Origin: Amphiscolops sp. MND2022
Taxonomy: Eukaryota
DNA length: 64,000 nucleotides
Direction of reading: 5' to 3'
Assembly (NCBI GenBank): GCA_964187785.1
Contig: OZ076413.1
Location: 50,656,001 to 50,720,000 of the forward strand
Shown: positions 15,301-26,399 of the stretch, piece by piece
How the letters are laid out: the number at the start of each line of letters is the position of its first letter
Numbering within the stretch: position 1 is the stretch's first letter
The notes under the pieces: model-generated
Seen by the model: the letters and a program-made list of their open reading frames with translations, nothing else
Database searches by the model: none
What the model was told of the DNA's origin: nothing
Program-made: the position numbers and the translations under genes

Positions 15301-15418
15301 ATTAGGCAGAAATTCTGATAATTCCGCTTCAATCACAGGGCAGGGAAATGGAAATTTGAATAGTAGTTCGTTTAGTGATAATTATACTAATGATGCACAG
15401 AGGTGTGTTATATCTTAG
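350..15418 (+). CDS. RIC1: RIC1 homolog (Rab6A GEF complex subunit, KIAA1432/Rich), 5'-partial, spliced
   Basis: Hand-assembled GT-AG exons with consistent phases: 350-568, 906-1204, 2208-2528, 4388-4559, 6034-6337, 10043-10354, 11434-11510, 11588-11632, 12160-12573, 13555-13996, 14887-15418 (stop). Translation contains RIC1 hallmarks [108 protein letters not shown]. Upstream exons lie outside the window or were not resolved. Confidence 0.93.
2996..3480 (+). mobile_element. Helentron/DINE-like element
   Basis: Starts TTTTTAGTCGGCGC and ends GAGCCTTAGATATAGCGCCGACT. Closely similar to 17430-18040. Confidence 0.65.
6729..6798 (-). pseudogene. tRNA-derived sequence (tRNA pseudogene or SINE head)
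   Basis: Minus strand CCCTATGGCACAGTGG (A box) ... GGTTCGAATC (B box) ... CAGGG. The anticodon arm pairs poorly. Confidence 0.5.
8494..8595. mobile_element. Tigger/pogo-type mini MITE
   Basis: TA-CAGTAGAATCCGCCTAATTCG ... CGAATTAACCGGAGTTGACTG-TA: TA TSD and CAGT termini. Confidence 0.7.
10772..10866. repeat. Inverted repeat, 36-bp perfect arms, A/T spacer
   Basis: GACTTTCTCAGACCTTATGGTCCCTTTTAAAATGAA and its reverse complement. Confidence 0.9.
12904..13413. mobile_element. Foldback/Mutator-like MITE in a RIC1 intron
   Basis: About 130-bp inverted arms made of GACGTTTCGGCA subrepeats, flanked by the direct repeat (C)CTTTTGCT (8-9-bp TSD), with a GC-rich centre. Confidence 0.82.
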
Positions 15419-16681
15419 TTAAAGAATTCATATTGATTTCTATTCTTGATGTAATATTTATGTAACAAATCCTTATTCATCTTCGGTGTTCAAGTTTTTT
15501 TCAAACTGTTTTTCTTTTTATCATAATTCCGTGGGTTCTGAATTAGTTCTATTGAATAGCAAAATGGATCATTTCGAGTGCACAACCAACTTGGTTGTTG
15601 AACATGTAAAGAACTATTTTGCAAAAATCTAATTGAGAAAATTATCATAAATCTCTTAAAATCATGAAATTTTCGAAAAATTACACATCTTTCTGGTTTC
15701 TTCTAGCATCGCAAACAGCTTGAAAATGTGTATTTTTGCTATGGTTGCTCTTTATATTTTCCCTGCGACTTTCGAAAAGAAAATGAAGATAATCCTAGAA
15801 TTCGTCAGTTCAAATTGTTATTGATGAAAACACCACTGTTTGCACTTTTATAGGAAGCACCGATTAAAAACGTAGAAATAGTTCGAATGTCTTTAAAGTT
15901 ACGTCCGGTTTTAAACAAAGGCCAACAATTGGACCCTGCTTAGCCTCATAGCTCGCAAGCTATGTCCAATGCTATATCCACGGCGATGTCCAATGTCACG
16001 CAATAGCTTACTCTGTAGCACTATTTGGTCATTTTGATGGATTAACAAGACGAGAACGTCTAAAGTCGGCGCTATATCTAAGGCTCAAAAAGCGCAAAGT
16101 TTTTCAAACATGCCCAGGACGTATTTATGAAAAGCTCAGATAACAGTTTCGAGACACAAGGGTGCCTTTCAAGCTCGATAAGACTCAGAAACAGCTTTTT
16201 CCCCAACTGGGAATAAAAAAACCTGTAAGAGTCGGGCGTTTTTCCTTAAGAGGAAAAAGCGCCGACTAAAAACCGCTACAAGCCTGGCAATATTTTATAT
16301 AGCGCCGACTAAAATGGCTCAATATTTTGTATTCATGGCTTTCCATCCGAAAACTGAGAAAATGTAAAGAGTATATTTGAATTTGTCTTTTCGTACGTCC
16401 AATCGACGTTTTTTTTTAAACTTCGACGTCTTCCCCCAAACTATTGATTATCAACGGGCAATTATTGATTCAAAACTACTACCACAGGGTCTCTGCTTTT
16501 CTGCTACATACTTAAAATTAGACCTTAATGATAACAAATCATTTCCACGAATTTTTCGAAGAAAAAAATATTTTCAAATAATGGGTTTTTTGATGTTTTC
16601 AGTTGTGGAACAACTGTTTGTCGAGTCTTATGCGTATCCCTGCGGGTATTTTTGGACACTAAGCAATTGATGAACTTTTAA

Positions 16682-17282
16682 CCCTAATTAATCTAGTGGT
16701 ACTTCAAAGCAGCCTACCGTTTTTTTTCAATTTTTGTTTCCTTTTGCCAACAGCCCATATTCTCTAGCACATTTTTGTTTTAACCGTTTATTGGTACCTT
16801 GAATTTGAATGGCACAAGCATTAGAAAAGGTGAATATGTCTCCAAATCTGGGAAAAATGTTTTCTTTTGCACAAAAAATGGTTATACTTTTCCAAAATTC
16901 AGTTTTTCGCGAAATCCAGTTTTCTCAAAGTGTTTGACCAATAGAAAAAAGCAACCCCTTACCCTTTCACGACAAGTCCTTGTGCAACAAAGCCGAATAA
17001 TATCCTGTTGTTACTACAAGCCCCTGGGCAGCGGGCCGCACGAAGTGCGGAACTGGCCTGAAGCGGTGGTACCGGAAAAAGAAAACTAAAAAGAAACTAA
17101 AATTCTGGAGAAGGGGGCGGGCGGCGACAGGGGCTCACCTGAGCAAAATGAAAGCCCAATACCAGACCTTTCAAACGCGCTATATTTGTTTCTCTGGTAC
17201 GCGTAGTTGTGGAGATATTAATTTTTTTAAATGTTTATTCAAATTTTTCGAAAATTTGCAAAAACGCCCAGGTCAATTAGGG
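16682..17282. mobile_element. piggyBac-type non-autonomous element
   Basis: TTAA-CCCTAATT...AATTAGGG-TTAA: TTAA TSD, CCC/GGG termini, imperfect 15-bp TIR. Confidence 0.75.
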
Positions 17283-17369
17283 TTAACAAGAGTGTCTTTT
17301 GCATATTTTAGAAATTTGGTTTTTTGAAACTTGAGCGAGGCACCGACTTTGGCCATTCGTGGCTTGTTT

Positions 17370-18910
17370 TTAGTCGGCGCCTTTTCCCTTAAGGAAAAAA
17401 GCCCGACTATTACAGTGGGTAGTTTTTTTAGTCGGCGCTTTTCTAGGGAAAAGTGCCCGACTCTTACAGTGGCTAGTTTTTTTTCTTTTTTTTTCGTCAG
17501 ACTACAATCTCACTCTGATTGGGCCACTTTTCTTACAATCGAAACTACTAAAACTACTAGCATAAGAGGCCAAGTCCGGTCAGCGGAAATTAGTGCAAAA
17601 GGGTCCCCCCTTTCATTTTTTACCTTTTTACGTAACCTACAAAACTGGAAGAGACCAAAGGGTCCCCCCTTTCAATTTTTTTTCGGCACTGTACGATTTT
17701 TTTTCGAAAATTTTTTAAGGTCTTAAAAGAGTCCCCCTTCGAGTTTTTTGATATTTTGCAACAGAATGTATGTTAATGAATCCCAAAGGGTCCCCCCTTT
17801 TCATTTTTCGGCACTATGCGACATTTTCGAAGTTTTTTTCAAAAAAAAATTTTCAAATTTTATTTTGTTCCCAGTCGGGAAACAGTGATTTTCCAGTCAT
17901 ATAGAGCATGAAAGGCACACTTTGAGTGTCTCCAAAGTGTTTTCAAAGCTTTTCATGAATACGTCTTGAGCATATTTAGAAAACTTTGCGCTTCTTGAGC
18001 CTTAGATATAGCGCCGACTTTAGACGTTCCCGTCTTGTTTTTAGTCGGCGCCTTTTCCCTTAAGGAAAAAAGCCCGACTCTTACAGTGAGTAGTTTTTTT
18101 TAGTCGGCGCCTTTTCCCTTAAGGAAAAAAGCCCGACTCTTACAGTGAGTAGTTTTTTTTTTCAGTTGACAATCTCACTCTGAGTGGTCCACTTTTCTTA
18201 CAATTTTTGTTCATCTTTCATATTTGTTCATCTTCCATCCGTCGGTTTGTAGAAAACGTTGAATGAGCCTGAATGGCCTCTTTTTGAGTTTTTCGGCATT
18301 GTGCGACCTAAAAAATACTTTTTTTCGAAAAAAAAATCAAAAATTTTTTTTTGAAAAAAATTTTTTTTCCAAATTTTTCCAATAGTTGTTCCTTGAATAT
18401 TTTTGAGCCTAAGATATGGCGCCGACTTGGGACGTTCCCGTCTTGTTTCTTTTTCAGCCTACAATCTCACTCTGAATGGTCCACTTTTTACAATTTGTTC
18501 ATCTGTTCTGTTGTTCATCTTCTTCGACTAAATTTCTGAAGCCGGGGAGCGGGGGTTCGATTCTCGCACTAAACCATAATATTTTTATGCTTCCAAAAGT
18601 ACAGCAGGTGAGACCAAAGGGTCCCCCCCTTTGGGTTTTTTTCGGCACTATGCGACTTTTTTTCAAAAATTTTCGGATTCTATCAAAGGGTAACCCCTTG
18701 CATTTTTTTGAAGTTTTTGGTTTGTAAAAACGTTTAATGAGCCTGAATGGCCTCTTTTTGAGTTTTTCGGCATTGTGCGACTTTCTAAAAAAATAGTTTT
18801 TTTTCGAAAAAAAAATTTTCAAAAAATTTTTCCAAATGTTTCCAATAGTTGTTCTTTGAATATTTTTGAGCCTTAGATATGGCGCCGACTTGAGACGATC
18901 CCGTCTTGTT
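17370..18910 (+). mobile_element. Cluster of Helentron/DINE-like non-autonomous elements
   Basis: 5' end TTTTAGTCGGCGC..CCTTAAGG..CCCGACT hairpin. 3' end TTTTGAGCCTTAGATATAGCGCCGACT (inverted subterminal repeat) plus AGACG-TTCC-CGTCT hairpin then TGTT. Internal AAAGGGTCCCCC/TTCGGCACTGTGCGAC units. Several tandem or nested copies. Confidence 0.7.
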
Positions 18911-19768
18911 CAATCATGAACTTGTTATTTTAACAGTCACTTTTTTCAGGACACTACACAATGATTGAATGATACTGTTTTCACCATTTTGATTTGTATC
19001 TTCAAGAAAATCACTACAGGATATCTGAATGAAATTTTCCTTAGATACGTAGATGTAAATTAGTTTCGATACTATTTCTGAATATCTCTAGGCTATTCAT
19101 TTTAAATTTCATTGTTGGTTTTATTTCTCAATGATAGTTTTTCTAAATTCATCTTTCCTTATCCAGGTTAGTAAAGTTGTTATTTTTATCCTGTGGCCAT
19201 TACTGACTTGAAAAAGATTTCCTCTTCATTAATTTAATTGCCATTTAATAAGCTCCTGTAAGTCTTTTGTTTCCTATCAAGAAAAATTGAAAACTTTTCG
19301 ATGCATGGATGGTTGATTTAAACCTTGATTAAATTGATTGAGCATTTTGCAAACAGTTTCAAGGTATACAGGACTAGAGCGAGCAGCGAAAACGATTGGA
19401 GACTGAAAAAACCTCAACTGTTTTGTCCCTAAGTTTTGAATGTTTTAACCATCGTTGGTTAGAATAGGATCGCTTCTTTGATGGAAAGACACCTTGAAAG
19501 TTTCACTAGCAACCAAACCAAAGTATATCAAAAAATAAACTCAATCCACTAAATTAGTTAAGGTGGCTCTACCGAGGAATAAATTCAACGAATCCTTAGG
19601 GAACTGTGCACACAAATTCCCTGTTTCAGTAACTACAGCATATTTATCAGTGTTCAACTCAATCCATATATCAACAATCGATGCTTTGAAGTATGTCAAT
19701 TAGCGAAGCTTCGTTCTATTTACAATTGTTAGTTGCTCAAGTAATTCGGTGCATGCTCATTTCGTTTC

Positions 19769-22018
19769 TCATCGTTCTCCCGCTTTGTTATCGATCAATT
19801 CAGTGTAGCTCGCATTTGTGTTAGATGTGTCCAAGCTCCGCACCGAAGAGTCGTCAACCGACCCTGGGAATGGAGAAGGAGTGTTGTACACTGGGGGCGG
19901 AGGAGGCATGTTGGAAGGCTGTCGAAGGTTTCTAGGCACCGAAAGAGGGTCGCTGTTCATCATGAAGATAGACTTCTCGATATTGTCAACATCAGGACTT
20001 TTGTAGACATTAGGCACCGATTTGGGCTCCTTGTGGATGTTTGCAACAGCTACCATTTTTCGGGACCTGAAAATCTCTTTCATCAGTCGGTATTGCATGA
20101 AAAGGACCAAAACCAGTAGAAGAACAGCGACGATAAGAAGAATGAGGATAATGAGTGGCAAGATGTCAGTGGATTCATCCTCCGACTTCTCGACGTAGTG
20201 GTCTGATTTTGTCGAATCTCCTGGAAGGAATCGACCCAAGTCGAAGATGTCACCGAGACTCATATCTTTCATAAGACACTCCATTTCATTTTGTGCAAGT
20301 TCCATCAGAGTATCAACAACCGTGTCGTTGAGAATCATTTTGACCAGAGAAACAACTCTGTCATATTCTTCCATGCCAGAACAAATGACAGGCGCCATCA
20401 TGTTTATGCTGCTACCTGCCGCGACAACAAAGTCGATCAACTCATTGTAGTCACGGTCTCTGACAAGGTAGCACAGAGCATCCAAGCTACTCGGGATCGA
20501 TTCTCCGTTGGTACAGAATTCTAGCGACGTGTCTTGCAAGACGCGACCCATGGCTTCTGGTTTTGTTGCCACATCTACAAGGGCACCCACAGTTTGGCTG
20601 ATCGTTGGGTTCCACACCAACTCGATCATTTCCATTACGTCCTCTTTCAATTTGGGGTCCATTTTAGTAGAGCAAATCAAGAAACCAACCTCGTTCGCAT
20701 AATCACAAAATTGTCTCGGCGACTGATAGATGAGCATCTTTTTCAACATACTGGGGTCAGAAATTATTTCGAAAATAGCCTCTCCAAAAACTGCATATTT
20801 GTTTACACTCTCGATTTCTTTCACTATAGTTTCAACTGAACTCATGATTGAAAAGTCTCCGTTGTCATTGGTCAATTGTCCCGCCAAGTTCTCAACTGTG
20901 TTCACGGTGTCTTTCACAAGCTTGTGCAAGTCGCTGTCGCAGAAGGCATAATTTTTGGGATCGAAGCAGTCCATATCATTGGTGATGGTTTTCAAAATTG
21001 AATGCATTTCTCCAGTCACGTCAACATCGGCCCATTTTTCAACAGACTCAACTGCGTCCATAGTGGAATCCAGGAGTCTCTTGACTTTGCAGTAATCGGA
21101 AGCATCTTGAACAGAGCATTCAGTTCCCTTGTTGAACAGCGACGGAATGCCATCTTCTTTAAGAGAGTCCATCAAAGCTGTGAAAGCATCAACGGTTTTC
21201 TTATACGTATTGATTTCCTCACAAAGAAACAATGGTTCGCCGTTAGCGTCCGTTGGCGGAATTTGATTGGCATCTGAGCACTTCTTGATATCTATTCCAA
21301 AATGATCGAAGTACATCTGTGGATCCGAAATTATCTGGGCCAAATCAAACAAACTGCAAGTGGTCCCGCTGGCGCTTTCAATTCCAGTGATGCTGTTTTC
21401 AAGACCCTTGGCCAGAACGCAAAGCAACGATTCTTCGCCTTCCACTTCGTCTTTGCACAAATCATCCATGACGTCAGAAACCATTCCTTCCGAGTACTTG
21501 ACCAGCTTCTTAACTAGAGCTAACTGGTCTTGGACCATACTGTGTACCAACCACTGTTCATCTTCGCCCAGTTTGCAGAGCTGGTTTTGGATGATATCAT
21601 CGGTTTCGGCATCGTATTGGGAACCAGCGTATGACCACGATTGGCCATATTCAACGTTACCTTGAGAATCGGCTCCTGCGTAATTTTCATCTTTGCAGTT
21701 GTCGGGGTGGAACTTCAAAAGTGCATTCGGGTCAACTTTGGCCAAATTTTTCACGGTGTCCATCACCATTTTGAATATTTCCATCATCCCCGAGGATTCA
21801 TTGTCGCCGTAACTGGTCTCATAGGTATCTGAATTATATGAATCCCAGCTATGGTATTCAGCAGCAGAAGATTCCTGTGTAGTCTCATCGACGGATGAAT
21901 CATATGAATCCCAGCTGTGGTATTCAGCAGAAGATTCCTGTGTAGTTGATTCATATTGGCCGAAACAAGTTGGGGAGAAGAGAAACGCCAAAACCACAAA
22001 ATTTAACGAGAATTTCAT
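19769..22018 (-). CDS. Intronless 749-aa uncharacterised single-pass (type I) membrane protein
   Basis: Long uninterrupted ORF with coding-like composition. N-terminal signal peptide (MKFSLNFVVLAFLFSPTCFG), acidic Ser/Tyr-rich duplicated segment, helical Cys-pair ectodomain, TM helix ILPLIILILLIVAVLLLVLVLFM followed by basic residues, and a Pro-rich tail with PPVY and YTEL. Confidence 0.88.
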   Translation of the reverse strand: MKFSLNFVVLAFLFSPTCFGQYESTTQESSAEYHSWDSYDSSVDETTQESSAAEYHSWDSYNSDTYETSYGDNESSGMMEIFKMVMDTVKNLAKVDPNALLKFHPDNCKDENYAGADSQGNVEYGQSWSYAGSQYDAETDDIIQNQLCKLGEDEQWLVHSMVQDQLALVKKLVKYSEGMVSDVMDDLCKDEVEGEESLLCVLAKGLENSITGIESASGTTCSLFDLAQIISDPQMYFDHFGIDIKKCSDANQIPPTDANGEPLFLCEEINTYKKTVDAFTALMDSLKEDGIPSLFNKGTECSVQDASDYCKVKRLLDSTMDAVESVEKWADVDVTGEMHSILKTITNDMDCFDPKNYAFCDSDLHKLVKDTVNTVENLAGQLTNDNGDFSIMSSVETIVKEIESVNKYAVFGEAIFEIISDPSMLKKMLIYQSPRQFCDYANEVGFLICSTKMDPKLKEDVMEMIELVWNPTISQTVGALVDVATKPEAMGRVLQDTSLEFCTNGESIPSSLDALCYLVRDRDYNELIDFVVAAGSSINMMAPVICSGMEEYDRVVSLVKMILNDTVVDTLMELAQNEMECLMKDMSLGDIFDLGRFLPGDSTKSDHYVEKSEDESTDILPLIILILLIVAVLLLVLVLFMQYRLMKEIFRSRKMVAVANIHKEPKSVPNVYKSPDVDNIEKSIFMMNSDPLSVPRNLRQPSNMPPPPPVYNTPSPFPGSVDDSSVRSLDTSNTNASYTELIDNKAGER

Positions 22019-23296
22019 TGCAGATTAGTTTTTTTGTCAAATCACACAACTAAGCCAAACGAGATAGTCAGTTGAAATGAGCAGATGCAACTTTGAAAAT
22101 TTTTTGCACCAATTGTTCAAAATTTTTGAATTCGTGCCAGTGTGTTTCGTATCGTCAAAAATGCTATTTCCAACACGAGAAGTCTCTCGGACAAAATTGG
22201 ATGTCTCGTTTTTACTTATCTCTACGTAGTTTGCATTACGTCATGGGTAAGCTGAGTTCGGCTAATTTTTGAAATTTACTTTTCATTGTCAATTTTTACT
22301 TTTATCCAAAGCCTTATTTTTTTTCTTTTAAATGACTGCAATTAAAACGATGTCTGCGTCAGCGCTTACCACAGGTCGTCAAAAATTAATTTTTGGTCTT
22401 AAAAGCCGTCGAGATTCAAATTTTAAAAGTATCATTACGCACAATATTTGAGTCAACTGGAGCGTTAACTTATGAAACCTCTTTTGTAACAAGCTGTTTT
22501 TAGTGCTGTTGATTGTATACATTTTAACGTCCAAAACATTGAAACGTTGCTAGCTGTTGTACCCGGTTTGATTCTTTTCAATGGTTTTTGATTATTGAAA
22601 TGATGCTTCAGCCAAAAAAAAATTACGGACTTTAAAATATAAAGACAAAGGTCTTTAATCACAGCTGTACTGCTTTATCAGCAAAATATATTCGCCTGAA
22701 CGAGTCGTTTTATACGCTCTGTCTCTTCAACATTTGAAATTATCTTCTGCATTGAAAGTAATAGCGTTGATTTTTTAAAACATTGAATCTTCGTGTACTA
22801 CTTTATCTAAAACGCTATTTCCAGTTCATTTGCTGAGAGCAATCAAACTACAAGTCTCAAAAAAGTAACTTTGCTCATCAAAATTTTTTCACGTTTCTGC
22901 AAGTTTTTAAACACTAGATTGTTTTTTGCTTATTTGAAAATTTGAGTGTCCGTTCTTGTTCAAACTCGTTTTAAACTATGCAAACTTCTCATACCTCATC
23001 TATACGCTCTCAAGGCCGAAACACTCGAATTTTTTTTGATGGATCAAAAATGTCTCTTTTTGCCAAATTTGGTTTATTTAACCTTGAAAAATAGTCAAAA
23101 CAAATTTTAAACCGTTTCTGCTGTAGCAGATTTGAATGTTTTTTTTCAATTGAGGGGTAATAACCTGAGGAGGCTAATAACCTTATATTTTGACACTGTC
23201 TTGTCTCTTTTCTCAAACTTTACTTCCTGACGCGAACCCAATTTGGTTGCTGAAAATTATAAAAATTTAAGTTCTGGAAAACTACTGGAGGTTTCA

Positions 23297-25270
23297 AACA
23301 AGCCGGGAACGGCATAATTTGGCTCGATATTTAAGGCTCAAAAATAGCAAAAGGACATGAAAGTGTCAAAAAACTCGGTATCAAACTCACGAAAAACCCA
23401 AACGACGAAACTGGCGCGCTAAAAGATGGATCCTTTCGCATTTTTCAACATCCATTGTTGCAAAAAATCAAACAAGACGAGAACGTCTAAAGTCGGCGCT
23501 TATATCTAAGGCTCAAAAAGCGCAAAACTTTTTTGGAAAAAAACTTGAAATTTTTGAAAAAAAATATTTCTTTTAAAAAAAGTCGCATAGTGCCGAAAAA
23601 TGTAAAAGGGGACCCTTCTGGATTTATTGACATACATTCCGTTGCAAAATATCAAAAAACTCGAGAGGGACATTGAAAAATTTTCGAAAAAAAGTCGCAC
23701 AATGCCGGAAAAAAATCCAAAGGGGGGACCCTTTAGGCACGTCCGGGTTTGTAGGTAACGTTTAATTAAAAAACCAAAGGGGGGACCCTTTGGAATAACT
23801 TAGATGCGTTTCCGGGGTATTCGTTTAATTTCCTTTAGTTGAAGATACTGAACGTTAACTTTCGTCGCTTCGAGTCTGGTTTAAAATAAACAAGACGGGA
23901 ACGTCTCAAGTCGGCGCTATATCTAAGGCTCAAAAAGCGCAAAACATTTTTTTTGGAAAAAAACTTGAAATTTTCGAAAATTTTTCTTTCGGAAAATGTC
24001 GCACAGTGCCGAAAAATGTAAAAGAGGGGACCCTTTTTGATTTATAAACACGCATTCTGTAGCAAAATAACAAAAAACTCAAAGGGGGACCCTTTGGGGA
24101 CATAAAAAAAATTTCGAAAAAAAGTCTCACAGTGCCGAAAAAAAATCGAAAGGGGGGACCCTGTAGTCCCGTCCGGGCTTGTAGGTAACGTTTAAAAAGT
24201 AAATGAATGCGCTCCCCGTTTGCCTTTACCGGTCCAGTAGTTTAGTACTGTATTCAGTAGTTTAATAGTTGAACGTTAATTTTAACGTTCTTTGCTTCGA
24301 GTCTGTCTTAAATAAACAAGCCGGGACCGGACCAAGTCGGCGCCATATCCAAGGCTCAAAAATAGCAAAAAGACTTCCAAGTGTCAAGTATTCTCTTTTA
24401 CAGTACTCGAAAATCGAAAATTTTTCGAAAAATAAATGGACCGAGTGGCGCGCCGGGGCTCGCTAGCGCGAGCCCCTGGCGCGCTAAAGTCTCACAATGC
24501 CGAAAAACTGAAAGGGGGGACCCTTTGAGGTTTTTCAACATCCATTCTGTCGCAAAACATGAAAAAAATCAAGAATTTTTTTTCGGGAAAAAATCTCACA
24601 ATGCCGAAAAAAACTGAAAGGAGGAACCCTTTGGGATTTTCCAACATCCATTCTGTCGCAAAACTTTTTAAAAAATGCCGGGAGGACCCTTTGAGGAGAA
24701 AAAAAATTCGAAAAAAATCCGAAAAAAATGTCTTGCAATGCCGAAAAAAATTGAAAGAGGGGACTCTTTGGTCTCGCCCGGTATGGTATGTTACGCGGAA
24801 AAACAGGTAAAACCATTTTGGTCCAGTTCGCTAGGCCAAATGGTGCAATTTGACACCATAATATTTTGTAGAACTTTTAAGAACTATTTTGGTCAGTCCG
24901 TGTGGATAGAAAAAAAGTCACTATAATAGTCGCGTTTCACTTCATGAAGCGCCGACTAAAAACGAGTGACTGTAATAGTCGGGCTCTTTTCTTAAGAAAA
25001 GGGCCGACTAAAAAACGAGTGACTAATAGTCGGGCTCTTTTATTAATAAAAGCGTCGACTAAAAATTGAAGGGTGAAAAAAAGTTTTCCGAAGAAAAGTC
25101 AATGCCGAAAAAATCTGGAAGGGGTCTTTAGTCTCTCCTGGTATTGTATGTTACGCGGAAAAACATTAAAAAAACTTTTTTGGTTCAGTTCGCTAAGCCA
25201 AATGTTTCAATTGAGCACCATAAAACTTCGTAGAACTTTTAAGAACTATTTTGGTCAGTTCGTGTGGATT
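23297..25270 (-). mobile_element. Cluster of Helentron/DINE-like elements (reverse orientation)
   Basis: Repeated AACAAGACG(A/G)GAACGTCT.AAGTCGGCGC.TATCTAAGGCTCAAAAA starts near 23297, 23472, 23889 and 24315, with GCGCCGACTAAAA ends. Confidence 0.7.
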
Positions 25271-26399
25271 GAGAACATGACGCCTGCTGACCAGCAGGAT
25301 ATTTTCCGTCCAAACTGTTCAAGCAATGATATTTTTTTGAGACTCAAGAGTAGCCATTACACTACGAAAACGCTTAGAGGTTTGATGGAAAAAGGTTTGA
25401 CACTTTTTGAACATTGTTATGCCATTTCAGAAGGAAACACTTTGAGAAGACACCAAACACCTATTTAATTTTTCGTCAGAATGTGTGTAACCTAACCAAT
25501 CCAATTTTCTGTAAATTTGCGTGAAGTTGCCGAAAATGTCAAAATTGTAGATTTTTGCTTTTCGACAACTTTGCGGTCATTTGGGGAACTTTTACAAGAA
25601 ACTGTAGATGTCTTTTCAAAAACACTTTTTGGATAACGGGTCCACTCATTCTTGAATTACGAAAATGCTCGAAACGTTTACATAAAAGTATATCAACATT
25701 TCAAAAACAAAAAAAAACGGATTTTCGCTAAAGTTCATATCATTCTGACGAAGTTTTTGCACACACGATTGAAGTTTTTTTTGGTCATTCTGCTTGCCTA
25801 CTCAAAACATTTAGAATATGACGAAACTTTGGTAACTTTCAATAGAAATTCACTAAATTGTCAAACAACTGTCAAACCTTTTTCTACTTTTTTGGGGTCA
25901 TTTTGAGGTTCTTTTTTAACGTGAAACTGCAATTCACCTGCAAAAAATCTACTGAACAACGCATTCGTTCGCTTTTGAGGGTTTTTCTTCTTCCAACGAT
26001 GGAAATTTCTCAAAAAAACGGAACTTTGCATAAGAAAAGTTGAATTTAGACTTTTTATATCGGACTAACCAGGGCCACTTTAGAAGTACTTTTGTTGCTA
26101 AATACTGCAACCCTCTTCAAAATACCATACTGCATAGCTAGTTTCATCGTTTTTGAGTGTTTTGAACTTTCTTGGTCACAGAAACTTACAAAAATTGAAC
26201 ACAAACTGCAGGAAAAACGACAAACTTGAAAAATTTCTAATGTAAAACACTGTAATTTTCTCATCAGAAAGGAAACTACATACCTGATTCTATCACCTCG
26301 GAAAGTTTTGAACCATCTAACTTACCAATAATCCCAAAAATTATACTCAAATAACATGAAGAACCTACATAAACTGGAATTTTCAGGAAGTTTTCGTCA

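Noticed and set aside
19818..21999. Many short + strand and alternate-frame ORFs
   Set aside because: Shadows of the 749-aa minus-strand gene.
23506..25468. K/F/G/P-rich ORFs (also at 3071, 17331, 37038, 46762-47863, 56358-57130)
   Set aside because: Chance frames in the non-coding Helentron-like repeat family.
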